A stretch of 64,000 bases of DNA. It comes from Heteronotia binoei. Taxonomy: Eukaryota. A model generated the notes under the pieces. That model worked only from the letters and a program-made list of their open reading frames with translations, had not been told where the DNA came from and did no database searches. Shown piece after piece: positions 11,680 to 24,045 of the stretch (position 1 is the stretch's first letter; every line of letters starts with the position of its first letter). The position numbers and the translations under genes are program-made. The stretch is taken from assembly GCF_032191835.1 (NCBI RefSeq), contig NC_083237.1:66464001-66528000 (forward strand), read 5' to 3'.

Positions 11680-12840
11680 ACCGCAGGGCCCGTGTTCTGC
11701 AGCGCCAGGCCAGAGATTGCAATAGCGCGGCGGAAACCTCCACCCGCCACCTGGCGTCGCGCGTCACCCTGGGGAAGCCGGCAAGGGGCTTCTCGGCGGC
11801 GGCCCCAGCCTCCCCGCGTACCTTGAGCTTCACTTCCGGGTCCACCTTGAGGAGGGAGGCCATGGCGGGGCGCGGCGGGGGGGTCCGCGGCCGGCTCCGT
11901 CTCTCTCCGTCCCTCGCGCGCGACCACCCTCGCGAGCCGCCGGCTTGGCTGTCCCCGGAAGTGACGACATGGCGCCCCGCCGCCTCCACCAATGGCTGCA
12001 GCGCCTGCAGGCCACGTGACCGAACTGGCGGGCCGCCCTGCGTGGAGGAAGCCGCTTCCGGCCCAGGCGCGTCACTCGCGCTCCCCCTTCGCTCAGCGCC
12101 ACCGTCGCTTCGGCCGCTTCCGGGGACAGAGGCACGGCCGCCCTTGGAAACAAACCGGCGTCCCTCCTAAGAGCGCGGGCACGTGCCTCAGCAAGCCGGG
12201 CCCGGGAGCCCGAGTCCCCGCGGTTGTCATGGAGACAGTGAGGGAGGCGGCCATTTTTTCCGTGACGAGCGGTGACCTTTGCCCTATGGAAAGAGGCGCG
12301 GTTAAGAGGCGGGATTTCCGGTTACTTCCCGAGGTCACTTGTAACTCCTGCCTGTCAAAAAGTGCAGCCGTGTTGCTCCCGGGACTAGCGGAGAAGTCCG
12401 CGGTGGGGCGGGAGGATGGGGGGTTGGTTTGGAGCCCGTACAGGCCTGTCCGGTTTTCTAGGCCGGATATCCGGCTCTGAAAAGGCGGGGGGGGGGGAAT
12501 TAATCCCCGGAAGCCGCTAGATGTGTTCCGCTCTACACGCTCCGTCTCTATGGTTTGAGCCCGCAGAAAGACGACGGAGGAAAGAGCGGCGCGGAGCTGG
12601 AGGTCCCGGCCTCTCGTAGCCTCCACCCCGCCTGCGTGAAGCTCCCCGGAGTCCAGGAGGTGGGCCGGCCGGCCGGGAGGTTAGTCCCAAAGCAGCTGGG
12701 CGCCCTTCTCGCCTTCCCTTCCAAGCGCCCGGCTTCCCCGCAGACTCGGCCGTCCCGGCTTGAGGCGCAGCTTCTTGTCCGCGGCCTGAGTGGGGTGCAG
12801 CGCAGAGGCCTCTTTCTGACATGGCTGTTTTCCGTTCCAG
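11680..12840. promoter_or_regulatory. CpG island / bidirectional promoter shared by PSME3 and BECN1
   Basis: Dense CpG between divergent ATGs at 11863 and 12843. ETS CCGGAAGT 11955-11962; YY1-like ACATGGCG about 11967; E-boxes CACGTG at 12013-12018 and 12180-12185; YY1-like GGCGGCCATTTT about 12246-12257. Confidence 0.9.
11822..11863 (-). CDS. PSME3: PSME3 coding exon 1 (MASLLKVDPEVKLK)
   Basis: ATG at 11863 in gccATGG context; donor GT at 11821-11820. Confidence 0.97.
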
Positions 12841-12842
12841 GC

Positions 12843-12969
12843 ATGGAAGGGTCGAAGTCACCCACTTGCACCACGCAGGTCAGCTTTGTTTGCCAGCGTT
12901 GCAGCCAGCCCCTGAAACTGGACACTTCTTTCAAGGTCCTGGACAAAGTCACCATTCAAGAGCTGACAG
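12843..12969 (+). CDS. BECN1: BECN1 first coding exon (MEGSKSPT...TIQELT/A)
   Basis: Acceptor ttccgttccag at 12840 implies an upstream non-coding exon; 127 coding nt; GTAAAG donor. Confidence 0.96.
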
Positions 12970-13050
12970 GTAAAGAGGGACTGGAGGAAATTGCCGTGAG
13001 CTGTGATGAGTAGAGGCAGTTTCCCCCTGGAGCAGGAATCCCACGGGCAT

Positions 13051-13820
13051 GGAGCCAGTTTGGTGTAGTGGTTAAGTGTGCGGACTCTTATCTGGGAGAA
13101 CCGGGTTTGATTCCCCACTCCTCCACTTACACCTGCTGGAATGGCCTTGGCTCAGCCAGAGCTCTCTTCTCTGGGAGAACCGGGTTTGATTCCCCACTCC
13201 TCCACTTGCACCTGCTGGAATGGCTTTGGGTTAGCCATAGCTCTGGCAGAGGTTGTCCTTGAAAGGGCAGCTGCTGTGAGAGCCCTCTCCAGCCCCACCC
13301 AACTCACAGGGTGTCTGTTGTGGGGGAGGAAGGGAAAGGAGATTGTGAGCCGCTCTGAGACTCTTCGGAGTGGAGGGCGGGATATAAATCCAATATCTTC
13401 ATCTACCTCACAGGGTGTCTGTTGTGGGGGAGGAAGGGAAAGGAGATTGTGAGCCGCTCTGAGACTCTTTGGAGTGGAGGGCGGGATATTAATCCAATAT
13501 CTTCATCTACCTCACAGGGTGTCTGTTGTGGGGGAGGAAGGTAAAGGAGATTGTGAGCCGCTCTGAGACTCTTTGGAGTGGAGGGCGGGATATAAATCCA
13601 GTATCTTCATCTACCTCACAGGGTGTCTGTTGTGGGGGAGGAAGGTAAAGGCGATTGTGAGCCGCTCTGAGACTCTTCGGAGTGGAGGGCAGAATATAAA
13701 TCCAATATCTTCATCTACCTCACAGGGTGTCTGTTGTGGGGGAGGAAGGTAAAGGAGATTGTGAGCCGCTCTGAGACTCTTTGGAGTGGAGGGCGGGATA
13801 TAAATCCAATATCTTCTTTC
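13051..13820 (+). mobile_element. Squam3-type SINE with a 79-bp internal head duplication and five tandem 104-bp tail units
   Basis: Tail units start at 13303, 13407, 13511, 13615 and 13719; duplicated head segment at 13092 and 13171. Confidence 0.9.
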
Positions 13821-14372
13821 GGGAAATGTACCAACAAGGCTCCCTAGCCCTAAGCTGCAGAGCCTGGCACCCATATGCAGGCAATAGTTCAAGAAGGCTG
13901 GATTCAGCCAGCCAGTATAAGCCGCCTCAGGGACGCCCTACGACCAGCCTAAAAAAGCATTTCCAAAAATGCACATCTGGCTTCTGTCCCACTGCTGCCC
14001 TCACCCTGTCCTTACCTGTCGTTCTGCTGTCTCTAAAAACGATCACATACTAAGTGGTAGCAAACTGGTGAGGTGTTTCCAAGGTGCCTTTTCTGGCCAT
14101 CTGAAAAGCTGGGAAGTGCTTGGGCAGCAGCAGTAAGTTGCATGAGCGCCATGAATGCTCCTCTGGGGTGCCTCTGCCCCGACCCTGTTCCAGCGGTGGG
14201 CTGAGCACGCTCTGACCACCCCAGGGCACTTTTTAGGCCAACTCACTTCCAGGACAGGACACTGCTGCCCCAAGTATCCAGCCAAATAGTATCTGTATAA
14301 GTTTAGAATGTCCTGCCACTATCAGGTCTTGCGTATGGAGCAAAGTTTCAGTAACCCCTGTTTTCTGTTTAG

Positions 14373-14440
14373 CTCCTCTACTTACTGCTACTCCATCAAA
14401 ACCAGGGGATGCACAAGGGGAAGAGACAACTTTGACAGAG
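14373..14440 (+). CDS. BECN1: BECN1 coding exon 2 (A/PLLTATPSKPGDAQGEETTLTE)
   Basis: 68 nt; TAG acceptor, GTAAAA donor; phase-consistent. Confidence 0.92.
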
Positions 14441-14504
14441 GTAAAAAACCTTGCTTGTAGGGTAAAAATAAGCAGCCTTGTAATTTAGCCATTCTTTCTA
14501 AATA

Positions 14505-14735
14505 AGGGCTGTTTGGTTAAGCGCGTGGATGCTTATCTGGGAGAACCAGGTTTGATTCCCCACTCCTCCACATGCACCTGCTGATGTGACCATGAATCAT
14601 TCACAAGTTCTCACAGAGCTGTTCCTTTCAAGAGCAGTTTTGTTAGAGCTCTCTTAACTCCACCTACCACACAGGGTGTCTTTTGTGCGGAAAGGAAGGG
14701 AAAGGAGATTGTAAGCCTCCTTGAAACTCCTTCTA
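14505..14735 (+). mobile_element. Squam3-type SINE
   Basis: Same head and body as the 13051 copy. Confidence 0.8.
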
Positions 14736-14888
14736 CATAACTTGCCAAGCCTATTGTGATGCCTAGGTACTTGTATCTGGGTATGGTGGTAAAATTGGGG
14801 TGATTCAGGTTGTGTGCTAGAGGCAAGCAGGTTGATGCCTGTGTGGTGAGCAGCTATGTCCAAGTGTCATGCAGAGTTTCTTTCTCAG

Positions 14889-14947
14889 GAAGCCTTTGTT
14901 GAAAACCGCCAGGATGGCGTGTCCAGAAGATTTATTCCTCCTGCCAG
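14889..14947 (+). CDS. BECN1: BECN1 coding exon 3 (EAFVENRQDGVSRRFIPPA/R)
   Basis: 59 nt; CAG acceptor, GTATTT donor. Confidence 0.95.
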
Positions 14948-15761
14948 GTATTTACTGCTGTTGTGTTCTTGCCATAAATATTTCTTTTCAAATGTTGCAG
15001 ATCCTTCCATTGCCTCACCTGTGACACAGCTAGGTGCGCAATTGCAGGGGAAAGGGGTAGGGAATTAGAACTATTGTTTTCTTGTTTCCGCATTTTGTTA
15101 TGAAACAGGGTTGGGATCTGCAGGATCGAACACATGACAATGTAAACAAGTATCTATATTTTAATTCCTGCTTGCAGGTCTGTCCTCTTTAAAATATATG
15201 TTTTCAAGTATTGGCCAAAAGGTTAAGCTAGTTCCTTATGTACTTGTTGACTGCAGACTGTTGGCCTGTACCAACATATAGGTTGGACTCATATAGCTGA
15301 AAAGAAGCAAAAATGATTGCATCTGACTCCAGTGCTATGAGCCAGACCCTTCCGTCAGCCCTGACCGTGGTGTGTCCTCCGATGAGAAGTGTGATGCAAG
15401 ACTTGCTAATGGGATAGCTGTCCCAGATGCCTCAAGTAAACAAGAGAGGCTGCATGTGCACATTAGTGAAGGAAACGAAAAGATTTTATATCTGAAACCA
15501 TTTGAGTAAAAAAAAAGCAGATGTTCTCTCGTTTAGAGCCTAAGTAATGATTGAGAGTGGGGGGACCCAAAGTTTTAAGACTCCCTGGTCTGCCTTTTTT
15601 CTTTTTTCCAGCCAGCCAACTGGGGCCCCAAATACAAATCTGTTATGTGATGGGGAAGATTTAGACAAACCTCAGCAGGCTTTGCTCATAAGATATGGAA
15701 GGTAAACTGTCGCTTGCTCGTTTCCTACTCTGGGTACACCTTTTAAGTTTAGGACCAGTGA

Positions 15762-16016
<255 letters not shown>

Positions 16017-16160
16017 TGAAATATAAAATTCAGCTGTCTCGAACTTGGCTTTCCAACTGTGATGAGAGTGGTTTTGTTATGGGAATTTCATCTCTTAGTC
16101 ATAATCAGAGGAAATTCTTTCCCTCTGGTCCTTGTTAGAACAATTTCTCTTTCTCTCCAG

Positions 16161-16297
16161 GTTACAGGTGACCTGTTTGATATCATGTCTGGGCAGACTG
16201 ACGTGGATCACCCTCTGTGCGAAGAATGTACCGACACTCTTCTGGACCAGCTGGACACACAGCTAAATATCACTGAGAATGAATGTCAGAACTACAA
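16161..16297 (+). CDS. BECN1: BECN1 coding exon 5 ([25 protein letters not shown]...NY/K)
   Basis: 137 nt; CAG acceptor, GTATGT donor. Confidence 0.97.
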
Positions 16298-16580
16298 GTA
16301 TGTGGGGGTCAAACTGGATGTGCTTGAGATTGTAGTTATTTAAAGCCAAATTACATGGTGCTCCTTCCACCTCTTTGTTGTAGTACTAACAAAACTGCTG
16401 CTTTGGTTAGTGCTGTTGATGATTATTTAAAGGCAAAACCCAGAAATGCCTGAAAGGGATTAATCCCCTTTACACGGCTGTAGTCTAAATAAGGGCGATG
16501 TGCATCTTACAGCCTGATCACAACTCTTCCGTCATCTCCATCTGTTTAGAGTTTGTGAAGTAAATCCAGGCGCACTGCAG

Positions 16581-16636
16581 GGAGTGCAGTTTGGTGTAGT
16601 GGTTAAGCCATGTATAAATCCAATTTCTTCTTCTTC
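16581..16636 (+). mobile_element. Internally deleted Squam3-type SINE (head fused to tail)
   Basis: gtttggtgtagtggttaag joined directly to tataaatccaatttcttcttcttc. Confidence 0.55.
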
Positions 16637-16860
16637 ATGATGGAAGGAGGAGAGAAACTTTATTTCTTGGAACACATTTTGGACCTGTCATCATGCTGTG
16701 TAAATGCAAAGTCTTACCTTCTGCTTTAGAATTAAAAGCACAGGTGAATGAAACAAGTAACTGCTGCCTAAGACTTGAGTGCTTTGGGGCCAAGCATGAC
16801 GACTGTATGTTAGTTCCTTACCCCTCCCCAAAAAGCCTTGAACGGAGACCTTTCATGTAG

Positions 16861-17055
16861 GCGATGCTTGGAAATTCTGGAGCAGATGAATGAGGATGAC
16901 AAGGAGAAGCTGCAGCTGGAGCTAAAAGAACTTGCTTTTGAGGAGGAGAGGTTGATTGAGGAGCTGGAGGAAGTGGAGCAGAAACGCAGAACAATGGCTG
17001 AGGCCTTTGAGAAGGTCAGGGCTGAGGCAGAGCGGCTGGATCAAGAGGAAGTGGA
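16861..17055 (+). CDS. BECN1: BECN1 coding exon 6 ([13 protein letters not shown]...LDQEEV/E; coiled coil)
   Basis: 195 nt; TAG acceptor, GTGAGT donor. Confidence 0.96.
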
Positions 17056-18854
17056 GTGAGTGTTATTGTGATTCCCCGGCTAAATCTGTTTCTAAATCCT
17101 TGATTTTGTTTTTTTGCTTTTGTCCTCCTGCTTTCTGGCCTTTTCTCCTTTCACCTCCTGCCTTGGTCCACAATTCCTAAATTTAAACACATCTTACCTT
17201 CCTTTCTCATTTTCTGCATTGGCTCCCTGTACCTCACATGTAAAACTTTCCCTAACAACAAACCTAGTAAAGACTTTCCCTAACAGCAAGCCTAGTCAAA
17301 TATTGGGGAGGGTGGAGGAGAGAAAAGCAAGGTGCCCCCACAAACTGTGTTATGAATCTTAATGCTATGTGGGCTTATAGGTGGCTGGAGTTGGAGCTCT
17401 GGAAGCTCCACAGCATAGATTAAGCCTTCTGGGGGCGGGGGGCATATTGGGAATTAGGACTTTTTAAAATTGCTGCTTCTCTGTTTAGAAAGCATAGAGA
17501 GATTTTTCCCTCTACAGTTGCTCTTGAGCTCCTTGCCTTTTCCTGCAGTTTTTATGTTGTCCGTTTAATATTTGTAAACTGAGGGCCAGGATCTGAGAAG
17601 ACAGTTTCCATTATGATCTGATGTGTGTTTCATTGGGAATCAGCTCCTTTGAACATAAATTTAAAAAAAGCAGAAGGCTTTCTAATCCGCAGCTCCTTGC
17701 TGTGGATCCTTACTTATAAACAAGTTTCAGGGATTGGCCCTTTATATTGGTTTTTGGCTGCAAGAGAAGAATTACCCCTTCATCTGCTGATTCTTCTGTC
17801 CAAATCTTATTCCTGTCTCTCCTTTGAGAATTTCATCTGAGGCCCTGCTGCTCCTTTTTGGAAGTCAAACAGGGAGCAGCTGGCAGCAGGGCTTTTCAGT
17901 CGTGGCCCGGCACTGGATTGTAGATTTCCAGCACTGGCAAAGGCTTATTCTCCCAAGCTTTTAGGCAAGTTTTGTGGCTTTATTTAAATACCCTGATAAA
18001 GTTGGGAACAAAGGCAGATCAGGGCAATAAATACTGTAGGAAAGTAGCAATCTAAAGTAATTAAAGCCCATAATTAAAATGGTGGTCACATATGTAGTCT
18101 TCAAACTGCTCCCTAAAGTCTTTTAAATAGCTCTGTTTTGCACTTTGGCTGAAAGCCAAGTAGACACCTGCCTCATCCTTTATGGAGAGAGATGCTCTCC
18201 AGCAGCAAGGTAACAGAACCACTTTGGGCCTGTAGTGGATCATACTCTGGACAGCAAGACCCTGTTGTGAGAATTATATCAAGAATGTGGGCACCAAGTC
18301 ATAAAGGGTTTTAAAGGTGCTTACCAACTGAAGTTTCTGAATCGCCTTCAAGGTTCTATTTAAAGTAATCTAGCCTGGAAAATTACCTCAGCATGGTCAG
18401 ATTAGATACCTGCACATACAGAGACAACCTCTGAATTCAGTGCAAGAATGGCAAAAGCATTTTTTGCGAAAGCATATTTACTTCCCTACAAGAGTCTTGG
18501 ATCTAATTGAAGTTTGAGCCATGACATAAATAACATAATTTATTGAAGTGTAAGCGTTAACCAATGCAGCTACCTTTCTAGATCTAACAGGTATTCTAAA
18601 GTTTTTACCTAAGTCTGTCAATGACAATTGTGCTTCCATTCAGTGCAGACATGTTATCAGTCAGCACCACTTCCATCTGATTTTCAGTCTTGGTGATGTG
18701 GACTTGGGTTGTAAGCCTGCTTTTTATGATTGCTACTGAATCATTCCTTTTAATGATCTTCTTCCACCATTTTCAAAGTTTGTTCAATTGTATCCTGACT
18801 TAGCTGTTGTTGGTCCTAAAGTATTTTGTACAGAATTTTGGGGAGAGGTGGTAA

Positions 18855-19049
<195 letters not shown>

Positions 19050-19673
19050 TAAGTCCTAAATGGACTGGATGGGGTTTGTAGTGAAGGCATCAGCAGTAGA
19101 CCTAAGCTGTGCTCCCGCAGAACTGGATTCATCACATCTGTAGGAAATAAGGAAGCCTCAGAAAGGCTCTTTCAGGCTTGGCTCCCTTCCCTGGCTTAGC
19201 CTTACTACGTTTTTTTTTGTCCATTTCTGGATTTTTCTCATCTCCACTGCCAAGTTGGCCAATAGGAGACCCTTCTACCAGACAGCCCTTTTCAAGGGGC
19301 CTCTTTTCTCCCACAGCTAAAGACTTTTGTGTTACTCAGCCCAGCATGCCAGTCCTCATCCAGAGTACACTCTTTTCACAATCCATTTTATTGGTAGTTG
19401 GGCACCAAACCAAACTTGTGTCTACCTGTTGTTTTTTTTAAGGTGCCTAATTGAGCCAAAAAGCATTTGAATTGTAGTAGCGTGGGTGAGTAATCTGGGT
19501 TTGGAGTAAGCAGATGTGGTTGCAACAGCCAGGTGTTCTGCTGGTAGAACAGGTAGTGTTTTGAAAAGCAGGACGTGTTGTAGAGACGGTTCCACGAAGC
19601 TTTTAAGAAGCTCAGTTTAGCTCCTAGGTGTTTGAGAAACAGCCGGGGGAGGCCCCTGTGGGGTTTTCCCTAA

Positions 19674-19856
<183 letters not shown>

Positions 19857-19936
19857 TAGGTGTGGGGGCAAAAGCGCTCTCTTCTTGGGCACTCGGCTGT
19901 TCAGGCAGGAGTTCACCCATTTTTTCCCCCCCACAG

Positions 19937-19997
19937 ATACCGCCTCATCCCATACGGGAACCACTCTTATTTGGAGTCCCTCACAGACAAATCCAAG
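19937..19997 (+). CDS. BECN1: BECN1 coding exon 9 ([20 protein letters not shown])
   Basis: 61 nt after an 81-nt intron; CAG acceptor, GTAAGA donor. Confidence 0.97.
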
Positions 19998-20470
19998 GTA
20001 AGAAGTCTGGTTTCTTTAATTATTTGAAACTGCCTCGGGCTTTGAGGAGGCTCCAGGAGAAAAGGGAGGGTTTTTTTGTCGGACAGTTGCTCCTTCTGTG
20101 TTCTTGCCTGCAGGTGAAAGAACTGAAAAGACATGCTCAGGAAATCTGAATAATGGAACGTATTTTCATAAAACCTGTTTAGGAATAGGGTGAAAATTGC
20201 TTAGAAAAAATAAACTAATGGCAGTTCTTTTCCCCTCAGATACAGTGTGGTTTTCATAAGGCTTCCCTGTGCCTCCCATTTTTTACTTGGTGCTCTTTGC
20301 AAAATGGTTGGCTCCAGCCAGCTTTCCCCTTTGCTTAGTTCTAATGAAAGCCCAAGTCCTACATGGCTTTTTAAAAACGCAGTCTGATGATACCCTGTAT
20401 AGCTGTTTTAAGTGGTCAAAGGAGGACTCTTCCTCTTTTTTCCAGCAGCAACTAAGCTGGTTGGATCTGA

Positions 20471-20722
<252 letters not shown>

Positions 20723-20917
20723 TAAAAAAAAAAGTCTCATTGTTTCAAGGTAAATGAGAGTCCTTTCCTCAGTAGTAAATTGCACAGCGGTATAATCGGA
20801 ATAAAAATATGTGAATCCTTCACATTAGGCATAATTATGCCCCTAAATGATTTCATTGCCACAGGTTGCTTTTTTGGGCCTTTAGCAAGTGGCTTCCAAA
20901 GTGGCCACATCTTCCAT

Positions 20918-21200
20918 GAGAACCAGTTTGATGTAGTGGTTAAGTGTGTGGACTTTTATCTGGGAGAACTGCGTTTGATTCTCCACTCCTCTACATGCAC
21001 CTGCTGATGTGACCTTGAGTCAGTCAAAAGTTCTCACAGATGTTTCCTCCCAAGAGCAGTTTCTGTCAGAGCTCTTTCAGCTCCACCTACCTCACAGGGT
21101 GTCAGTTATGGGGAAGGAAAGAGAATGGAGATTTGTAAGCTGCTCTGAGACTCCTTCAGTTGGTGAATGGTGGGGTATAAATCCAATCTCCTCTTCTCTT
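20918..21200 (+). mobile_element. Squam3-type SINE
   Basis: Full head, body and tail. Confidence 0.82.
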
Positions 21201-21810
21201 CTATTCAAATATTGTTAAATTTTAGCTCTGATATCCAGTAGTGGAACCACTATGTTCAGAAGCAGCACTGATCTGTGATTTAGCCCGACAGTTGCCCTTT
21301 TGCTTTCTTTGCAAGTTGCTTTGTGAGCCCAGAAATGTGCCCATGTTGGAAACAATTCTTGTTGCTTTTAAGAAGACTTAATAAAATATCTATTGATGCA
21401 TGGAGAAGTGTGCAGAGAGGAATCATCACTTGGGTCCAATAGTTGTTAAATACCTAGTTGAGAAGGAGTCACGGCTGCTGTCTTAAAGAAAGCTTTCATA
21501 AAGCTGTTCCTTAAACTCTTCTTAGACCTGGTTGCAAGGTTATGATTCAGATTTTGGATCAGGTTGCACTTAGATGTATTTCCATTTGACACTGGAACTA
21601 TCTCATGGAGGGGAACCTAATTTAGGATCAAGCCTAGGCAGGTGACCTTGTGGGTTTTTCTGAACCTTCTGCCTGAGTGTGTGGTCAGAAGCTTCCCTAG
21701 AGGGTAGGTCCCAAGGAGATACTGGGGAGGATTCCCATTCACCCTTCTGACATTTGTACTTTCAGTGTGTTCTTTTTTGTCCCACATGCTTTAAAATACT
21801 TACATGAAAC

Positions 21811-21980
21811 AAGGGCTTTTTCTGTAGAAGCTCAGCAGGGACTCATTTGCATATTAGGCCACATCCCCTGACATCACCATTGTTTCACAGGGCTTTTTTG
21901 TTGAAAATAAGGCCACACCCCTTGGCATCAAGCCAGCCAGAACTGCGTTCCTGTGTGTTCCTGCTCAAAAAAAAGCCCTG
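21811..21980 (-). mobile_element. hAT MITE (CAGGGCTTTTT termini)
   Basis: Terminal inverted repeats; 8-bp TSD CATGAAAC at 21803-21810 and 21981-21988. Confidence 0.85.
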
Positions 21981-22424
21981 CATGAAACCACTGCATAAGA
22001 GGCTTCAGAGATCTGGAGTGAGATACCGTTAAGTCTGCTGATGACATCCGGCTGTCCCTCCTTTTCATCTGACTCAGAGGAGGCGAGGGAATGGAAGTGC
22101 TGAGCAGGTGCCTTGAATCGAGAATTGACTGTTTAAATGGTTCAGTGGCTTTGAAAAGTGGCATTCATCATGATCCTTCAAACAGAGTTCACAAGACATA
22201 GAACTTGCATTTGCTAGACAGAGAGCTCTGCTACAATTCTTGTTCTTGTCGTGTCTGGATTACTATCATTATACATGAGGCTGTCCTTCAGGACAATTTG
22301 GAATCTTTGCTTTACAACACAGAAGGTAGATCCAGGTAGACCAACAAAGGTTTCTTCAAGGTGTGAACACACACTTTCTCAGACACAATGAAATGGAATT
22401 TCATAGCTCATACATATAGTAGAG

Positions 22425-22724
22425 GGAAAAGGAAAGATCCTCTGTGCAAGCACCAGTCATTTCTGACTCTGGGGTGATATTGCTTTCACAACGTTTTCAC
22501 GGCAGACTTTTTACGGGGTGGTTTGCCATTGCCTTCCCTAGTCGTTTACACTTTCCTCCCAGCAAGCTGGGTACTCATTTTACCAACCCCAGAAGGATGG
22601 AAGGCTGTGTCAACCTCAAGCCAGCTACATGAAAACCCAGCTACTACCAGGGATCAAACGCAGGCCGTGAGCAGTTTAGGATTGCAGTACTGCAGTTTTA
22701 ACACTCTGCGCCACGGGGCTCTCC
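22425..22724 (-). mobile_element. Sauria-type SINE
   Basis: Reverse-complement match to the 29801-30102 copy. Confidence 0.8.
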
Positions 22725-23311
22725 TATATGGCAGAGGGTGAGCAGTAAATTAGCATGCAACAGAATGAAGATATTTATCAGATTCAGGAATAACAAGCTG
22801 AGTTTACATGGTTACCTGAGTCTACATGGTTACTAATTCTGGGTGCATAGTGAAGGAAACAAATATGTCTAAATTGGAGATTGATCTATCCTTAATTGTG
22901 GAATGCTGAGAGCAGTTAATTAATACTTTAACATCAGTCTCCTCTCAAGCATGGAGGTGACCTTACAGTACCATCTTCTTTGAAGTGGAGCGATTGGTTG
23001 CGTAGATTTAGCTCCCCTTTTCCCAGACCACAGAAATGCAATTTGCTCTACCATTCCAAATTACATTCTTACTATTGATTACATTACATTACAATTTACA
23101 TATCCAATCTGATATTACAAATAAGAAATAAAACGAAGAGGATGTATGGCCCAAAATGGTGAAAATATAGATGTTAGGGCTGAATGAGGGTAGTGTACAT
23201 TGTGAGATAAGAAACCAATATTCCTGTTAAGTCCTGGGAGTTCCATTGTTTTGAATCTTACATCCTCTTTATTTATCATCCATTGACTGAACTAGACTGC
23301 CAGGGGTAACT

Positions 23312-23568
23312 CAGGGGTGGCCAAACTGCGGGAGCCACATATGGCTCTTTTAGTCATATTGTGTAGTTCTCGAAGCCCCCACTGCCCCATCAGCTGACTT
23401 GGAGAAGGCATTTACCTTTTAAAATCACTTCTCCAAGCTAAGCCAGGCAGCGACTTGGAGAATGCATTTAAAGGTGCTTTCTTTCCACTTCTCCCTTTCC
23501 TTCCATGTTATGGCTCTCAAACATCTGATCTTCTTTATTCTTATGTTAAGCAAGTTTGGCCACCCCTG
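23312..23568. mobile_element. hAT MITE (CAGGGGTGGCCAAAC termini)
   Basis: 15-bp TIRs; TSD degraded. Confidence 0.75.
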
Positions 23569-23692
23569 GTTTAGCTAGATACCATTTTGTTTCCAAGCAG
23601 GATTCACAGTAATAGTTTTTGCCTCTGAACTCTTACTTTTGAAGCCACAATATTTGAAGGACTGTCTTCTCCACCTGCCAGATCTTTTAGAA

Positions 23693-24045
23693 GAAGAAGA
23701 CCGTAGATTTACACCCCACCCTTCTCTCTGAATCAGTCTCAGAGCAGCTCACAATCTCCTATATCTTCTTCCCTCACAACAAACACCCTGCGAGGTGGGT
23801 GGGGCTGAGAGAGGTCTCCCAGAAGCTGCCCTTTCAAGGACAACTCTTGCAAGAGCTCTGGCTGACCCAAGGCCATTCTGGCAGCTGCAAGTTGAAGAGT
23901 GGAGAATCAAACCTGGTTCTCCCAGATGAGAGAGCTCTGGCTGACTCAAGGCCATTCCAGCAGCTGCAAGTGGAAGAGTAGAGAATCAAACCTGGTTCTC
24001 CCAGATAAGAGTCTGCACACTTAACCACTACACCAAACTGGCTCT
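23693..24045 (-). mobile_element. Squam3-type SINE with the same 79-bp head duplication as the 13051 copy
   Basis: Repeated ggttctcccaga segments ending at 23925 and 24004 (79 bp apart). Confidence 0.85.

Larger units (their letters stand above)
3396..11863 (-). other. PSME3: PSME3 gene span, start to stop codon (proteasome activator PA28-gamma; 11 coding exons, 765 nt, 254 aa)
   Basis: Spliced translation MASLLKVDPEVKLK...KRPRSSNAETLY* closely matches recalled vertebrate PSME3. All introns are GT-AG and phases are consistent. Confidence 0.98.

Noticed and set aside
12600-12700. Donor of the BECN1 non-coding first exon (AG|GTGGGC at 12660 or AG|GTTAGT at 12680)
   Set aside because: Several plausible donors exist and I cannot choose among them without transcript data, so the exon is not annotated.
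11606-13013. Many overlapping 95-177 aa ORFs on both strands around the PSME3/BECN1 promoter
   Set aside because: Expected in GC-rich CpG-island DNA with few stop codons. Only the parts matching the PSME3 and BECN1 first coding exons resemble known proteins.
13303-13820. Regular 104-bp repeats as a CRISPR-like array
   Set aside because: Eukaryotic intron; units are contiguous SINE tails with no unique spacers and no cas genes.
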